Assembly: GCA_050246755.1 (NCBI GenBank)
Contig: JBFWVL010000001.1
Span: 544,001-608,000, forward strand
DNA length: 64,000 nt
From: Bacteriovoracia bacterium
GTDB lineage: Bacteria > Bdellovibrionota > UBA1018 > CAIPTA01
Direction of reading: 5' to 3'
Both the position numbers and the translations under genes were made by a program. Below the pieces are notes generated by a model that was not told the origin of the DNA, searched no databases, and worked only from the letters and a program-made list of their open reading frames with translations. Numbering within the stretch: position 1 is the stretch's first letter; each line of letters opens with the position of its first letter. Shown in pieces: positions 27,386 through 36,990 of the stretch.

Positions 27386-27808
27386 TTAACGGTTATAAGT
27401 AAGCCCCCCGCAGCGCAGTGCGGTTTTCTTTCCGGTCTTCCAAAAGTTCTCCACGAGCGCGAAGGAAACGGGGCCTTCCCTACCTTCTTCGTGGCTCATT
27501 ACGATTTCCAAAACTTGGGCGCCGGTATTCGTCGCGCGTACGCCCTGGAATAAATCGTGGTTGAAGGAAACGAGGTCTTTCGAAGTGTCGATCACCGCTG
27601 GGTGCCCTACCACGAATTCCGTGCCGTCCACCGTGATGCGGATGCGCTCGTTCAGGGGATGCGGTTTATCGTCTATAAAGTACTGCTCGCCGGCCAACAT
27701 GGAGCAAACCGATTTGTCGGCGGTGATTCCAGTATAGGTGCCGGGTTCTACGTGAGCGAAAGCAGCGGTGGGAATGAGAGCCAAAGTAAGAAATAGAGTT
27801 TTCACCAT
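27386..27808 (-). CDS. Hypothetical secreted protein
   Basis: AGGAG SD; signal peptide ending AFA; two Cys. Confidence 0.7.
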   Translation of the reverse strand: MVKTLFLTLALIPTAAFAHVEPGTYTGITADKSVCSMLAGEQYFIDDKPHPLNERIRITVDGTEFVVGHPAVIDTSKDLVSFNHDLFQGVRATNTGAQVLEIVMSHEEGREGPVSFALVENFWKTGKKTALRCGGLTYNR

Positions 27809-27872
27809 TCATCTCCTGGTTACGTGTAGTAATAAAAATTTCTACGCCGGCTAACGAGGAAAGTCCATTCAT

Positions 27873-27887
27873 TGATAACAATTCTCA
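27873..27887. promoter_or_regulatory. Fur-box-like operator
   Basis: TGATAAC-A-ATTCTCA, 12/14 match to the 7-1-7 consensus TGATAAT-n-ATTATCA. Confidence 0.5.
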
Positions 27888-28030
27888 AAAAGGACCATGA
27901 AAAATATGCCCGTGTAGAGATCTCAACCTTTGTTAGCTGTGCTCCTGTTTCAGGGTGCTACTCTTTTTAAAACGCTCTTTGTTGCTCCTCGCGCATCGTG
28001 CACAACGCAAATCCACCTTTGGAGGGAATC

Positions 28031-29533
28031 ATGGGAAATTTGCAACGCCTCACTCTGGCCCTAGTGGCCGTTTTGTCCGTCAACGCTAACGCAGCGGTAC
28101 TTAATACCAAAACCCTGGAGACGCAGCTCCAGCAGCAAAAAGCTACTTGGACTGCCCGCGATAACTGGGTGAACCAGCTTTCCGTGGACCAAGTGAAGCG
28201 CATGATGGGATTTCCCGGCAAAGTGCGGTTCGGCAAGGACGTTCTTTTCAAAGCCCAAGCGGGATTAAAGTTGAGCGCCGACGGAATCGACTGGCGCAGC
28301 AAAGACGGACAGAACTGGGTTACGCCCGTGCTCAATCAGGGCAATTGCGGAAGCTGCGTGGCCTTCGCCTCCGTGGCCACCCTGGAAACCCAAATGAATA
28401 TCAGCCACCAATACCCCTGGCTAAATAAGCGCTTCTCCACCGAGGCGCTCTTCGCCTGCGGCGGCGGCGGCTGCGAAAGTGGCTGGTGGCCCTCGAGTGC
28501 CGCCAGCTTCCTGAAAAATCGCGGCGTGCCCGATGAAGCCTGCGCGCCCTACACGATGGGCGCCACCGGGGTGGATTCAGCGTGCTCGAGCATTTGCGCA
28601 GACTCCGCGCAGCGCTCGCAAAAAGTTTCGAACGTGAACGTGCCCCGTTCCGTTGAAGCCGTGAAGGCCGCCTTGAAGCACGGCCCGCTCATGACCACGC
28701 TCGACGTCTACGGTGATTTCGTGCTCTACGGCACCGGTATTTATAAACATACCACCGGCGAATACTTGGGCGGCCACGCGGTTTCCATCATCGGCTTCAA
28801 CGACGAAGGCCGCTACTGGATCATCCGCAATAGCTGGGGACCCGACTGGGGCGAAAGCGGTTTCGGCCGCGTGAGCTACGACGACGAGTCCGGCGTGGGC
28901 GACAACACCTGGGGCTTCGAACTTCCCGCCGCGGAAGGCGACGTAGCGATCAAGAATCTCCGTGACCACGATTTCGTTTCGGGAAATTTTTCCTTCGACG
29001 CGATCTCCACCTTCCCCGACACCGCGGAAATTTCCCTGCAGCTGGCGGGTAAAACCGGCGAACAGAGCACGGTGAGCTGCCAGGCTTCGAGCTGTAATCT
29101 CCAGGTGGATACCACCAAGATGCCCGACGGCCGCTATGAAGCTACCGTGAGCGCTTCGCACGGCGGAAAAACCGCCAAATCCGAGCCCCGCTACTTTTAC
29201 GTAGTGAATAAGCAGCCGGAAACGATCTCGGTGAGCTTTGCGCCCAAGAGCGGGCTCAACCTCGCGGCTCCTATCAAGGAGCGCGTGGAGTTCGACGTGA
29301 ATGCCGTTTCTTCCTCGGTGCCCTTCACCGGCCTTCAGCTGATCGTAAAGAAAGACGGAAAAGTGGTTTATACTAAAGGCGCCGACATGGTGCTCCCGCA
29401 GATGACGATGGGCTGGAGAACCCCAACCGTGCCTAACGGAACCTACCAAATCTCAATCGCGGCCAGTATCCAATCGAATAGCCAAAAATATGAAGCCGTG
29501 AGCAACGAATTCACGGTTACCGTGCAGAACTAA
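28031..29533 (+). CDS. C1 (papain-like) cysteine peptidase with C-terminal Ig-like domains
   Basis: GGAGG SD; DWR, QGNCGSCVAF, GGHAVSIIG and NSWG motifs. Confidence 0.92.
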   Translation: MGNLQRLTLALVAVLSVNANAAVLNTKTLETQLQQQKATWTARDNWVNQLSVDQVKRMMGFPGKVRFGKDVLFKAQAGLKLSADGIDWRSKDGQNWVTPVLNQGNCGSCVAFASVATLETQMNISHQYPWLNKRFSTEALFACGGGGCESGWWPSSAASFLKNRGVPDEACAPYTMGATGVDSACSSICADSAQRSQKVSNVNVPRSVEAVKAALKHGPLMTTLDVYGDFVLYGTGIYKHTTGEYLGGHAVSIIGFNDEGRYWIIRNSWGPDWGESGFGRVSYDDESGVGDNTWGFELPAAEGDVAIKNLRDHDFVSGNFSFDAISTFPDTAEISLQLAGKTGEQSTVSCQASSCNLQVDTTKMPDGRYEATVSASHGGKTAKSEPRYFYVVNKQPETISVSFAPKSGLNLAAPIKERVEFDVNAVSSSVPFTGLQLIVKKDGKVVYTKGADMVLPQMTMGWRTPTVPNGTYQISIAASIQSNSQKYEAVSNEFTVTVQN

Positions 29534-29546
29534 ATGCCTTCTTGGT

Positions 29547-29583
29547 GCCCGGGATGCCTAGAGCATTCCGGGCTTTTTCTTTT
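29547..29583 (+). terminator. Intrinsic terminator
   Basis: GCCCGGGATGC/GCATTCCGGGC stem followed by a T tract. Confidence 0.75.
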
Positions 29584-30118
29584 AGGCGGCGATGGATTTA
29601 TCTACGAGCGCCGAAAGCACTTCGATGCGTTTACGCACTTCCGGAGTCTGCGTTTCGCCGTGTAGAACCAGAATCAATTCTTCCCCTAGGCCGCGCTCCC
29701 AGGCATAACGGTCGGCTTCGAGCTGCGCTTGCAGCGGGGACACTCTAATCTTGGCGTGGCGATGGAACACGTGACCCAGCTCGTGCGCGAGAATCGCATG
29801 GGCCTGATGGTATTGCGCCGAGTGCATCAAATCGTGGAGCTCGGGGAAAATCAGAATCAGGGACCGGCCTTCATACGGATAAACCGCGCAGCTCATACGC
29901 TGGTTACAGAAGAGGAGCAGGAGTTTTTCGCGGTGGATGAGATTTTGCAAATCGGAAAGGGGAAAGCCGCAAAGCAATTCAATCAGGCTGTTACGAAAAG
30001 GCTCATCGCGCAAAATCCATGCGTGCTCGGGTTGCCGCAAAAATGCGGCGATGCAGGCCGCGGCGTCGGAGCTGCGAGTCGGGAGCCAGTTGCGCAATGA
30101 GCGGAGGAGCGAAGTCAT
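29582..30118 (-). CDS. M48-like HEXXH metallopeptidase domain protein
   Basis: AILAHELGH...QLEADRYA. Confidence 0.7.
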   Translation of the reverse strand: MTSLLRSLRNWLPTRSSDAAACIAAFLRQPEHAWILRDEPFRNSLIELLCGFPLSDLQNLIHREKLLLLFCNQRMSCAVYPYEGRSLILIFPELHDLMHSAQYHQAHAILAHELGHVFHRHAKIRVSPLQAQLEADRYAWERGLGEELILVLHGETQTPEVRKRIEVLSALVDKSIAA

Positions 30119-30124
30119 ACCCCC

Positions 30125-30151
30125 TTTTCGGCGCAGAACGCGGAAACCTTA
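30125..30151 (-). promoter_or_regulatory. Putative sigma28 promoter, leaderless
   Basis: TAAG-N15-GCCGAAAA, 6 nt before ATG 30118. Confidence 0.6.
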
Positions 30152-30161
30152 GCAGGTATTT

Positions 30162-30656
30162 CTATTTTAACAGCTTCGGCAGGATCGTCTTGAGTGATTC
30201 GCGTTCGGCCTCGGTGAGATGCGCTAGAAATTCCTTTTCCACCTTCTCGCGTAGACGCGATGCAGCCTTCCTTTTCGCCTGCCCCGATGCGGTAATATGA
30301 ATCAGCTTCACGCGCCGGTCTCCGCCCGAGCCCTTGCGGAGCACCAAACCATCAGACTCAAGCCCGTCGAGCAGCTTCACCATGGTCGCCTTATCGATTC
30401 CCATGCTTCCGCCCAACTCCACTTGGCTCATGGGTCCATCGCCCTCTAAAATGCGCAGGATTCCTAACTGAGAAGTAACCATGCCTTCCCCGGTTAGGGC
30501 TTGGTCGAGCATCGCTTTCATCCTCGCGGCGGATTTATACAGGCAATACGCGAAGTAATTCTTAAGGTTAGGGTGCACCACCGTATCGGAAGAAAAGCCG
30601 AGGGAGCAGAATTCGCTCACACTCGCTACCGTCTTTTTGTGTTTCGGTTTAGCCAT
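30162..30656 (-). CDS. MarR family transcriptional regulator
   Basis: SQVELG...IDKATMVKLLDGLE..GLV.R....DRR; divergent from the efflux operon. Start may be 30656 or 30674. Confidence 0.9.
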   Translation of the reverse strand: MAKPKHKKTVASVSEFCSLGFSSDTVVHPNLKNYFAYCLYKSAARMKAMLDQALTGEGMVTSQLGILRILEGDGPMSQVELGGSMGIDKATMVKLLDGLESDGLVLRKGSGGDRRVKLIHITASGQAKRKAASRLREKVEKEFLAHLTEAERESLKTILPKLLK

Positions 30657-30671
30657 CGATAAAGAGCGTAT

Positions 30672-30710
30672 CACAAATGGTTTGTGTTACGAACTATTTT
30701 AGCGTATAGT
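30672..30710. promoter_or_regulatory. Candidate MarR operator(s)
   Basis: Inverted repeats CACAAA-N3-TTTGTG and ACTAT-N8-ATAGT in the divergent gap. Confidence 0.4.
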
Positions 30711-30741
30711 GAATTTAGACCAAACGCTTCCCGAGGCGATT

Positions 30742-32031
30742 ATGACCTTCCTTCTTGCCCTTCTTTTTCTGCCCGTTACCACCCAAGCCGCGCCCCTAAG
30801 CCTCTCGGATGCGATTTCCGAAGCCCTGCAGGACTCGCCCCGTATCCAACGCAGCGAATCCGAGCGCGAACAGGCTCACTGGAAGAAAATTGAAAACACC
30901 GCGGGTTTTTTGCCCAGCGTTTCGGCCTCCGGCCAGCGCCTCCTCGAAAAAAAGTACGCCTTCACCGATATCAGCTTCAACGGGAGCCCTAGCTCGATTC
31001 CCCAGATTGTTCCCACCACCACCATCTCCCTGCTCGGGCAGATCCCTATTTTCGACGGTTTCGCCAACATAAACCGCTACCGCGCAGCCTCCGCTTCCGA
31101 GGATGCGGCTAACCAGGATCTGGACTGGTCTCGCTTTCAGCTGGAGCGTGAGGTTACCCTCCTCTACTTCAAGGCTCTTGGCGCGAAGGTACTCGAGCAA
31201 GTGGCGGAGCAGAATATTCGTACGCTCAATGATCACCTAAAAGACAGCCGTCTTTTCCGCAAGGCGGGAGTTTCCACGAACTACGATGTGCTCCGCGTAG
31301 AAGTGCAAGTAAGTGAGGCGAACTACGAGCTGATGAATGCCAAAGATAATAGCGCGATCGCTAAAAACGCCTTAGGGGAAAGCCTCGGGAAAGCCGCCGA
31401 AGACAGAGAAATTTCCGGAACCCTGCCGGTGCTGAGCCCCGATCTCGTGAAGAATCTCGACTACGCCGTAGCCTCAGAAAGAAACGATATCCGCGCCCTG
31501 GAAAACCGCAGCCGCAGTGCCGAACTCACTAGTTCCGCCGCGGCCGTGCATTTAGTGCCGAGGGTTTCGCTCTTCGGCCAGTACCAGTACTACAATAACC
31601 GCAACGACGAATGGCGTAACGGTTTCCGCGACGCCTACCAGGTGGGCATACAGCTGAACTGGAATATTTTCGACGGGTTCGCTTCCATCGCGCGCTCGAA
31701 ACAGAGCGTGGAGGCCTTCGTGCAGAACGAAAAAAACCTGGCGATCGCCCAGCTTCGTTCGCACCAGGACCTAGATCTCTGGAAAAGAAAGTTTCTCTAC
31801 TTCTGTTCCGTATATCAGTCGCGCCTAGAAGATATCCAGAAAACGAACGAAAACGTCCGTCTTGCACGCGAAGGGCGCAAAGTGGGCGCGCGCACCAATA
31901 CGGACCTGCTCGATGCAGAAACCGATCTCCACCGTGCTCAGGCCGGCGCCGTGAATGCGCAGCTTGGCGCCATCGAAGCTTTACTCCGGCTGGAGCTCGC
32001 GGCCGGAAAAACAATTCACCGATTCTACTGA
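30742..32031 (+). CDS. TolC family outer-membrane efflux protein
   Basis: Signal peptide; IPIFDGF and WNIFDGF repeats; DLLDAE. Confidence 0.9.
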   Translation: MTFLLALLFLPVTTQAAPLSLSDAISEALQDSPRIQRSESEREQAHWKKIENTAGFLPSVSASGQRLLEKKYAFTDISFNGSPSSIPQIVPTTTISLLGQIPIFDGFANINRYRAASASEDAANQDLDWSRFQLEREVTLLYFKALGAKVLEQVAEQNIRTLNDHLKDSRLFRKAGVSTNYDVLRVEVQVSEANYELMNAKDNSAIAKNALGESLGKAAEDREISGTLPVLSPDLVKNLDYAVASERNDIRALENRSRSAELTSSAAAVHLVPRVSLFGQYQYYNNRNDEWRNGFRDAYQVGIQLNWNIFDGFASIARSKQSVEAFVQNEKNLAIAQLRSHQDLDLWKRKFLYFCSVYQSRLEDIQKTNENVRLAREGRKVGARTNTDLLDAETDLHRAQAGAVNAQLGAIEALLRLELAAGKTIHRFY

Positions 32032-32040
32032 GGTTAAACC

Positions 32041-32886
32041 ATGGATAAACGCAAAAAAATTCTTACCGGCATCGGGATCGCCACGGCGATCGCCGCCGTT
32101 ATCTTTCTCTACGATCATGTGATGTACGTATCCACCGACGATGCCCAGGTAGAGGCCCATGCCGTGATGCTTGCATCGAAAGTGCCGGGATTCCTGGTAG
32201 CGGTGAACGTAAACGAAGGGCAAAGCGTGAAGAAAGGCGACGTGCTGATCGAGATCGACGCCCGCGACTACCAAAACACCTTAACCCAAATCAAAGGCGA
32301 CCTCACCTCCGGCGAAGCCCGCCGCCGCGATGCCGAAAGAAATTTCCAGCGCATCTCCCAGCTATTTACCAGCGGCGCCGTTTCCCGCCAGCAATACGAC
32401 ACCGCCAGCGCCGCCTATTCCGAAGCCAAAGCAAAATTCGATGCGATCTCCGCCCAGGTGGCGCAGGCGCAGCTGAATCTCGATAATACCAAGATCCTCG
32501 CGCCCTCCGACGGCTTTATCGCCAAAAGATCGGCCGAGATCGGGCAACTCGCGGCCACTGGAGTGCCTCTGCTCGGCTTCGTGGACGCGGGCGAGCGTTG
32601 GGTGATCGCCAACTTCAAGGAAACGCAAATCGCCGACATTCGCGTGGGTGCTCCCGTGAAAATCGATATCGACGCTATTTCCGGCGGCTTTCATGGCAAG
32701 GTAGTCAGCGTGAGCTCCGCCACCGGCGCCACCTTCACCCTGCTGCCTCCCGATAACGCCACCGGAAACTTCACCAAGGTGGTTCAGCGCGTGCCGGTAA
32801 AAATCGAGATCCTCGATCTCTCGGCCCAGCAGGTGGAAGCCCTCCGCGCGGGACTCTCCGCCAATATTAAAGTGAGCAAGCACTAG
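32041..32886 (+). CDS. emrA: HlyD/EmrA membrane fusion protein
   Basis: STDDAQV, ANFKETQ and LLPPDNATGNFTKVVQRVPV motifs. Confidence 0.9.
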   Translation: MDKRKKILTGIGIATAIAAVIFLYDHVMYVSTDDAQVEAHAVMLASKVPGFLVAVNVNEGQSVKKGDVLIEIDARDYQNTLTQIKGDLTSGEARRRDAERNFQRISQLFTSGAVSRQQYDTASAAYSEAKAKFDAISAQVAQAQLNLDNTKILAPSDGFIAKRSAEIGQLAATGVPLLGFVDAGERWVIANFKETQIADIRVGAPVKIDIDAISGGFHGKVVSVSSATGATFTLLPPDNATGNFTKVVQRVPVKIEILDLSAQQVEALRAGLSANIKVSKH

Positions 32887-32895
32887 GAGATTCCG

Positions 32896-34467
32896 GTGAA
32901 GGCAGGCGGCCCCCTCATTATCTTCGTCGCGGTGATGGCCTCGCTGCTCGAGATCATCGACACCTCCATCGTGAACGTGGCCTTGCCCACGATGATGGGA
33001 AATCTCGGCGCCACGCTTGAAGATATTTCCATGGTGGTTACTGGTTACGCGATCGCCAACGCCATCGTGCTTCCCGTTTCGGCCTGGCTCAGCGAACGCA
33101 TCGGCCGCCGGAAATATTACCTTGGCTGCATCTTGGCGTTCACGCTGGTGTCGGTGGCCTGCGGCCTTGCCCCGAATCTTTTCACGCTGATTCTCTTCCG
33201 CATCGTGCAAGGGGCCGTGGGCGGCGCCCTCCTCCCCACTTCGCAAGCGATGATCTACGAGCAGTTTCCCCGGGAAAAAGCCGGGATCGCCGGCGCGATC
33301 TTCGGCATGAGCGTGATGATCGGCCCCACCCTCGGCCCCGTGCTCGGGGGCTACCTTACCGACGAGTTCGGCTGGCGCTCGATCTTCAATATCAACCTGC
33401 CGCTCGGCCTTCTCTGCTTCATGGTGGGCTTTGGCGTGATCTTCGACCGCAAGGATGAGGAAGAAACCGGGATTCCCGCCAATAAACCCAAACCGGAGCT
33501 GGATGCCATCGGCCTCGGCTTACTGATCGCGGGAATCGGCTGCCTGCAATACATGCTCGAGCGCGGCGAATCCGATGATTGGTTCTCTTCCACCGCGATC
33601 ACCATCAACGCCATCGTGGCGGCCGTGTGCTTGCCCACCTTCGTATGGTGGGAGCTGCGCGTGAAAAACCCCATCATCAACGTGCGCCTCTTCAAAAATC
33701 AGATCATCGCCAACGGCGTTACGCTCATGGCGTTGCTAGGATTTTTTCTCTATTCGGTAGTTTTCATCTTGCCGGTATTCCTCACCCGCACTTACCACTA
33801 TACCGCCACCCAAACGGGCGCCTTCTTCATTCCCGGCTCTCTGATCACCGCGCTCCTGATGCCCTTCATCGGACAGGCGATGAGCCGCGGGGTAAATCCC
33901 AAGATCCTCATCTTCCTCGGGCTAGCTTCCGTGGAGATCTGCCTATTCATGATGACCTTCTTTTCGCCCATGTCCCCTAAGGACGAAATTCTCCGCATGC
34001 TCTACGTGCGCGGGATTGCCATGGCCTTCCTCTTCGTGCCGATCAATTCTTCCATCCTGAGCCAATTCAAGGGAGCCACGCTTGGCCAGGTTTCCGGATT
34101 GATGAACTTATTCCGCCAGATCGGCGGTTCGGTGGGGATCGCGATGGTAGGCACTTTGCTCACCATGCGGGGGCAGCAGAATTTCCTGAATCTGGCTTCC
34201 CATGTTTCGCTGCTGAATCCCGCCACTCAGGCGGCCTACTACCAAGGCCTAGCCGGAATGGGCGCCAAGATGACGGAATCTCTTGGGATGGCCACCGCCC
34301 ACGACGTGGTGATTAAATCCTTGTACGGACGCGTGCAGGCCCAGGCCTTCATGCTGAGCTTTATCCAGCTGGTTTGGATCGTGATGATCGTATTTGCTTT
34401 TTCCTTCGTGCCGCTCTATTTCCTGCGCCTAAAGGAAAAACCGACGGGCCCAATCGACGCGCACTAG
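32896..34467 (+). CDS. emrB: DHA2 MFS efflux permease (EmrB/QacA)
   Basis: DTSIVNVALP, GPTLGPVLGG, WRSIFNINLP and RQIGGSVG motifs. Confidence 0.92.
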   Translation: MKAGGPLIIFVAVMASLLEIIDTSIVNVALPTMMGNLGATLEDISMVVTGYAIANAIVLPVSAWLSERIGRRKYYLGCILAFTLVSVACGLAPNLFTLILFRIVQGAVGGALLPTSQAMIYEQFPREKAGIAGAIFGMSVMIGPTLGPVLGGYLTDEFGWRSIFNINLPLGLLCFMVGFGVIFDRKDEEETGIPANKPKPELDAIGLGLLIAGIGCLQYMLERGESDDWFSSTAITINAIVAAVCLPTFVWWELRVKNPIINVRLFKNQIIANGVTLMALLGFFLYSVVFILPVFLTRTYHYTATQTGAFFIPGSLITALLMPFIGQAMSRGVNPKILIFLGLASVEICLFMMTFFSPMSPKDEILRMLYVRGIAMAFLFVPINSSILSQFKGATLGQVSGLMNLFRQIGGSVGIAMVGTLLTMRGQQNFLNLASHVSLLNPATQAAYYQGLAGMGAKMTESLGMATAHDVVIKSLYGRVQAQAFMLSFIQLVWIVMIVFAFSFVPLYFLRLKEKPTGPIDAH

Positions 34468-34471
34468 AGGC

Positions 34472-34978
34472 TTACTGAATCTTTTTTTCTGCTTTCGCGA
34501 GCGCCGCGAACAGCTTCTTCGGATCGTGGCCCTTGGAAACTTTCGTATTCTTCTCTAGCGGCTCGGTATTAATGAAAGTGGCTTTCTCGTTCATCGGATT
34601 AACCAGCGCGAGCAACGGAATCCCCTTCCCCACTTTTTTCTGCTTGGCGAAAGCGAGCACGCGATCGAGCGCCTCTACGCCGGAAGGAAGCTTGTCTTCC
34701 CCCTTATAGAGCGCGATTTCCGCGATCGAATAGCCCGCGGCTTCGGCGAGCTCCGCATCCCGCAAAATTTTATGCAGACTCAGGCACCACGGGCACCAAT
34801 CGGCGCCGAAAACCAGGAGCAAGGGTTTCTTGTCGGTTTTCGCCTTCGCGAGTGCATCCGCGAGCACGGTTTTTTGATCCGCGCATACGGGATATACCTT
34901 CCCCTGCGGATCGCAGTTCTCCGCCGCCGAAACGTTTGCCGATAAAAGAACCAGGGCCAATAAAAAACTAATTCGCAT
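34472..34978 (-). CDS. Periplasmic thioredoxin-family protein
   Basis: Signal peptide; FGADWCPWC; cis-Pro motif GIP. Confidence 0.85.
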   Translation of the reverse strand: MRISFLLALVLLSANVSAAENCDPQGKVYPVCADQKTVLADALAKAKTDKKPLLLVFGADWCPWCLSLHKILRDAELAEAAGYSIAEIALYKGEDKLPSGVEALDRVLAFAKQKKVGKGIPLLALVNPMNEKATFINTEPLEKNTKVSKGHDPKKLFAALAKAEKKIQ

Positions 34979-36839
34979 ATTTTACTCCGAGCTCCCGCTC
35001 CAAAAGGTACATTACGTAAATGCCTGCTCCATAGCCTACCATGGGAATCGAGCCGGTGGGTGCGCCAATTTCCCCCAGAAACTGCTCGTTACGCTCGGAA
35101 ATGTACATTTCCGGCACCAGGAAATTGTCGGCGGCGCTTTTATTCACCATTTTCTCGATCAGCGGGAAACCACGCTCTCCTTCGCCAAGACGCAGAAAAT
35201 TTCTGGCCAAGCTGAAGTTAGAAAATAAAAACTCGTGCTTTTCGTATTGAGTATCTCCCCGCACGCGGCGGTAGCCGCCCGATTCTACCTTCAGCGCTTC
35301 CATTTGCTCGATGGTGCTGCGGATGATGGCCTGATCCTTCACAGCCCCTAGATTGATCGCTTCGAGGGCGGCGGCGTCCACCAGATTTTTGTAGTTTCCT
35401 TCCGCCGTTCCCGCCAGGAAACCATTTCCGGTAAATGCCTTGAGGATTCCCGTGCCTAGCTGGCCCACTGTTTTTTGCAGCTTCGCCGCCGCACGGCCGT
35501 CTTTCGTGCGCTTGGCCAGGCGGCTAAATCCATCCAGCCCCTGGAGCGCGGCGGCCGAAGAAAATACGAAGTGCTGCTTATCCCACTGGTGCTCTTCCCA
35601 AATGGAAGTATCGGCATCCACGATTTTGCCGTCTTCGAAGGGAACGAGATTGCCCACCAGAGGCCTGGCCACGAAATCTCTGGCCACACTGAATAACGGC
35701 CCGCGGTGGGTGCTGAGCTGCAGAAAAGAGTCGTCGCCGAACTTCTCCACGTATTCCGTGAGCGCCCATAGCACGAGGCCCCAATTATCGAATTCCACAT
35801 TAGGGGATCCGGCCATGGTGAAAAAAGGCTCTTCGGCGCCGTTGCCGAAATAGCGCACTACCGAAATTTGATACGGATAATCTTTTACCCAGCTTTGCAT
35901 TTTCCCGCTCGGGCGAGCGCGGAAATACGCGGCCATCCCGGCCCGGGCTTCCTCCTGATGGCCCATGCGAGTGAGCGCCACCACCGCGTAAGCCATATCG
36001 CGCACCCAGGACACGAACCACATCCCCTCGGGCAAGCTGGCCACGATCAAGCCATTATTGAAACGATCGCCGCGATTAGGCTCGCGGCTCTGCCCCATGC
36101 GCAATACCATTTCGCTTTGGCGCCACAGCCGGCGTTCGTTTTCCGAGAGAAATTTTACTTTTGGCACCACCCGCCAGGCTTCCACTTCGGCCAGCTCCCG
36201 CGCCACAAGTTTTTCGATGCTAAGGGTACCTGCCCAGCGAAGCGTGTCCCGCAGAACGTCGGCGGCTTGATCTCCTTCTTCCACCGAAACGAACGCCCAC
36301 GCTGGCCCGCCCTCGAGGCAGGTGCCGGAAAAGCGCGCCTTGCCTGCCTTGCCCAACGGAACGGCCAAAAGATTTTCTTCCACCCCAGAAAAACTCAGGA
36401 GCAAAGCTTGGGTAGATCCCCGGGAAATTTTTCGCTTAACTTTGGCGGCCGCGCTCCATCCCGGGATCACGCAAGAATCGGCCCGCGTGGTGCCGGTGAT
36501 CAGCGCATTCCGGCTCAGGCCATAGGGCAGAAAGTAGAAGTCGCTCGCGGGCCCGGCCTTGGCTTCGATCACCTGAGATTCGGCCACATAGCCCGAGCTC
36601 GTAGCGGTTTCTCCCGCCCAGGCTAGGGAGCGTAAAAAATTCGCGGTTTCTATTCCCTCTGCGTATTCGTTGGTGGGATCGGGGCGCACGAAGCGGTAGG
36701 GGTGGGCGTAAAATTTAGAAAGCGCGCCGGCGGACTGGGAAAAAACCGCGAAGCCGAATCCATTACCCGATACGAGCGGCGTATTGGCGGCGGCGGCATA
36801 GTCTCCTAGGCATAGAACGAACAAGAACAGAAATTTCAT
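34968..36839 (-). CDS. Secreted glycoside hydrolase, GH15/glucoamylase-like (alpha/alpha)6
   Basis: IVASL...WVRD, SIWEE and LVPE motifs; signal peptide from MKFLFL. Confidence 0.75.
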   Translation of the reverse strand: MKFLFLFVLCLGDYAAAANTPLVSGNGFGFAVFSQSAGALSKFYAHPYRFVRPDPTNEYAEGIETANFLRSLAWAGETATSSGYVAESQVIEAKAGPASDFYFLPYGLSRNALITGTTRADSCVIPGWSAAAKVKRKISRGSTQALLLSFSGVEENLLAVPLGKAGKARFSGTCLEGGPAWAFVSVEEGDQAADVLRDTLRWAGTLSIEKLVARELAEVEAWRVVPKVKFLSENERRLWRQSEMVLRMGQSREPNRGDRFNNGLIVASLPEGMWFVSWVRDMAYAVVALTRMGHQEEARAGMAAYFRARPSGKMQSWVKDYPYQISVVRYFGNGAEEPFFTMAGSPNVEFDNWGLVLWALTEYVEKFGDDSFLQLSTHRGPLFSVARDFVARPLVGNLVPFEDGKIVDADTSIWEEHQWDKQHFVFSSAAALQGLDGFSRLAKRTKDGRAAAKLQKTVGQLGTGILKAFTGNGFLAGTAEGNYKNLVDAAALEAINLGAVKDQAIIRSTIEQMEALKVESGGYRRVRGDTQYEKHEFLFSNFSLARNFLRLGEGERGFPLIEKMVNKSAADNFLVPEMYISERNEQFLGEIGAPTGSIPMVGYGAGIYVMYLLERELGVKYAN

Positions 36840-36939
36840 CAGGTTCCTTCCCAACCGACCTATTTCCTCATAAATGGGGTGAAAAGTCGCGCGTCAAAGC
36901 AGGGAAAATCGCGAAATGAAAAATAACTACGCCAGGCGG

Positions 36940-36955
36940 TGGCTCACTCTTTGCT
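36940..36955 (+). promoter_or_regulatory. Putative sigma54 promoter
   Basis: TGGCTC-N5-TTGCT; implies the downstream gene starts at 36991. Confidence 0.5.
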
Positions 36956-36990
36956 CTCTGCTCTCTGCAGGTTTTCTGCAAGGGGGTTTT

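Noticed and set aside
28577-33246. Long minus-strand ORFs such as 28577..29449 and 32362..33246
   Set aside because: Fully overlap confident + strand genes (C1 protease, emrA/emrB) and lack motifs.
36916-36990. Longer N-terminus for the glycine-zipper protein
   Set aside because: A sigma54 motif lies within it and a purine-rich SD-like run precedes ATG 36991.
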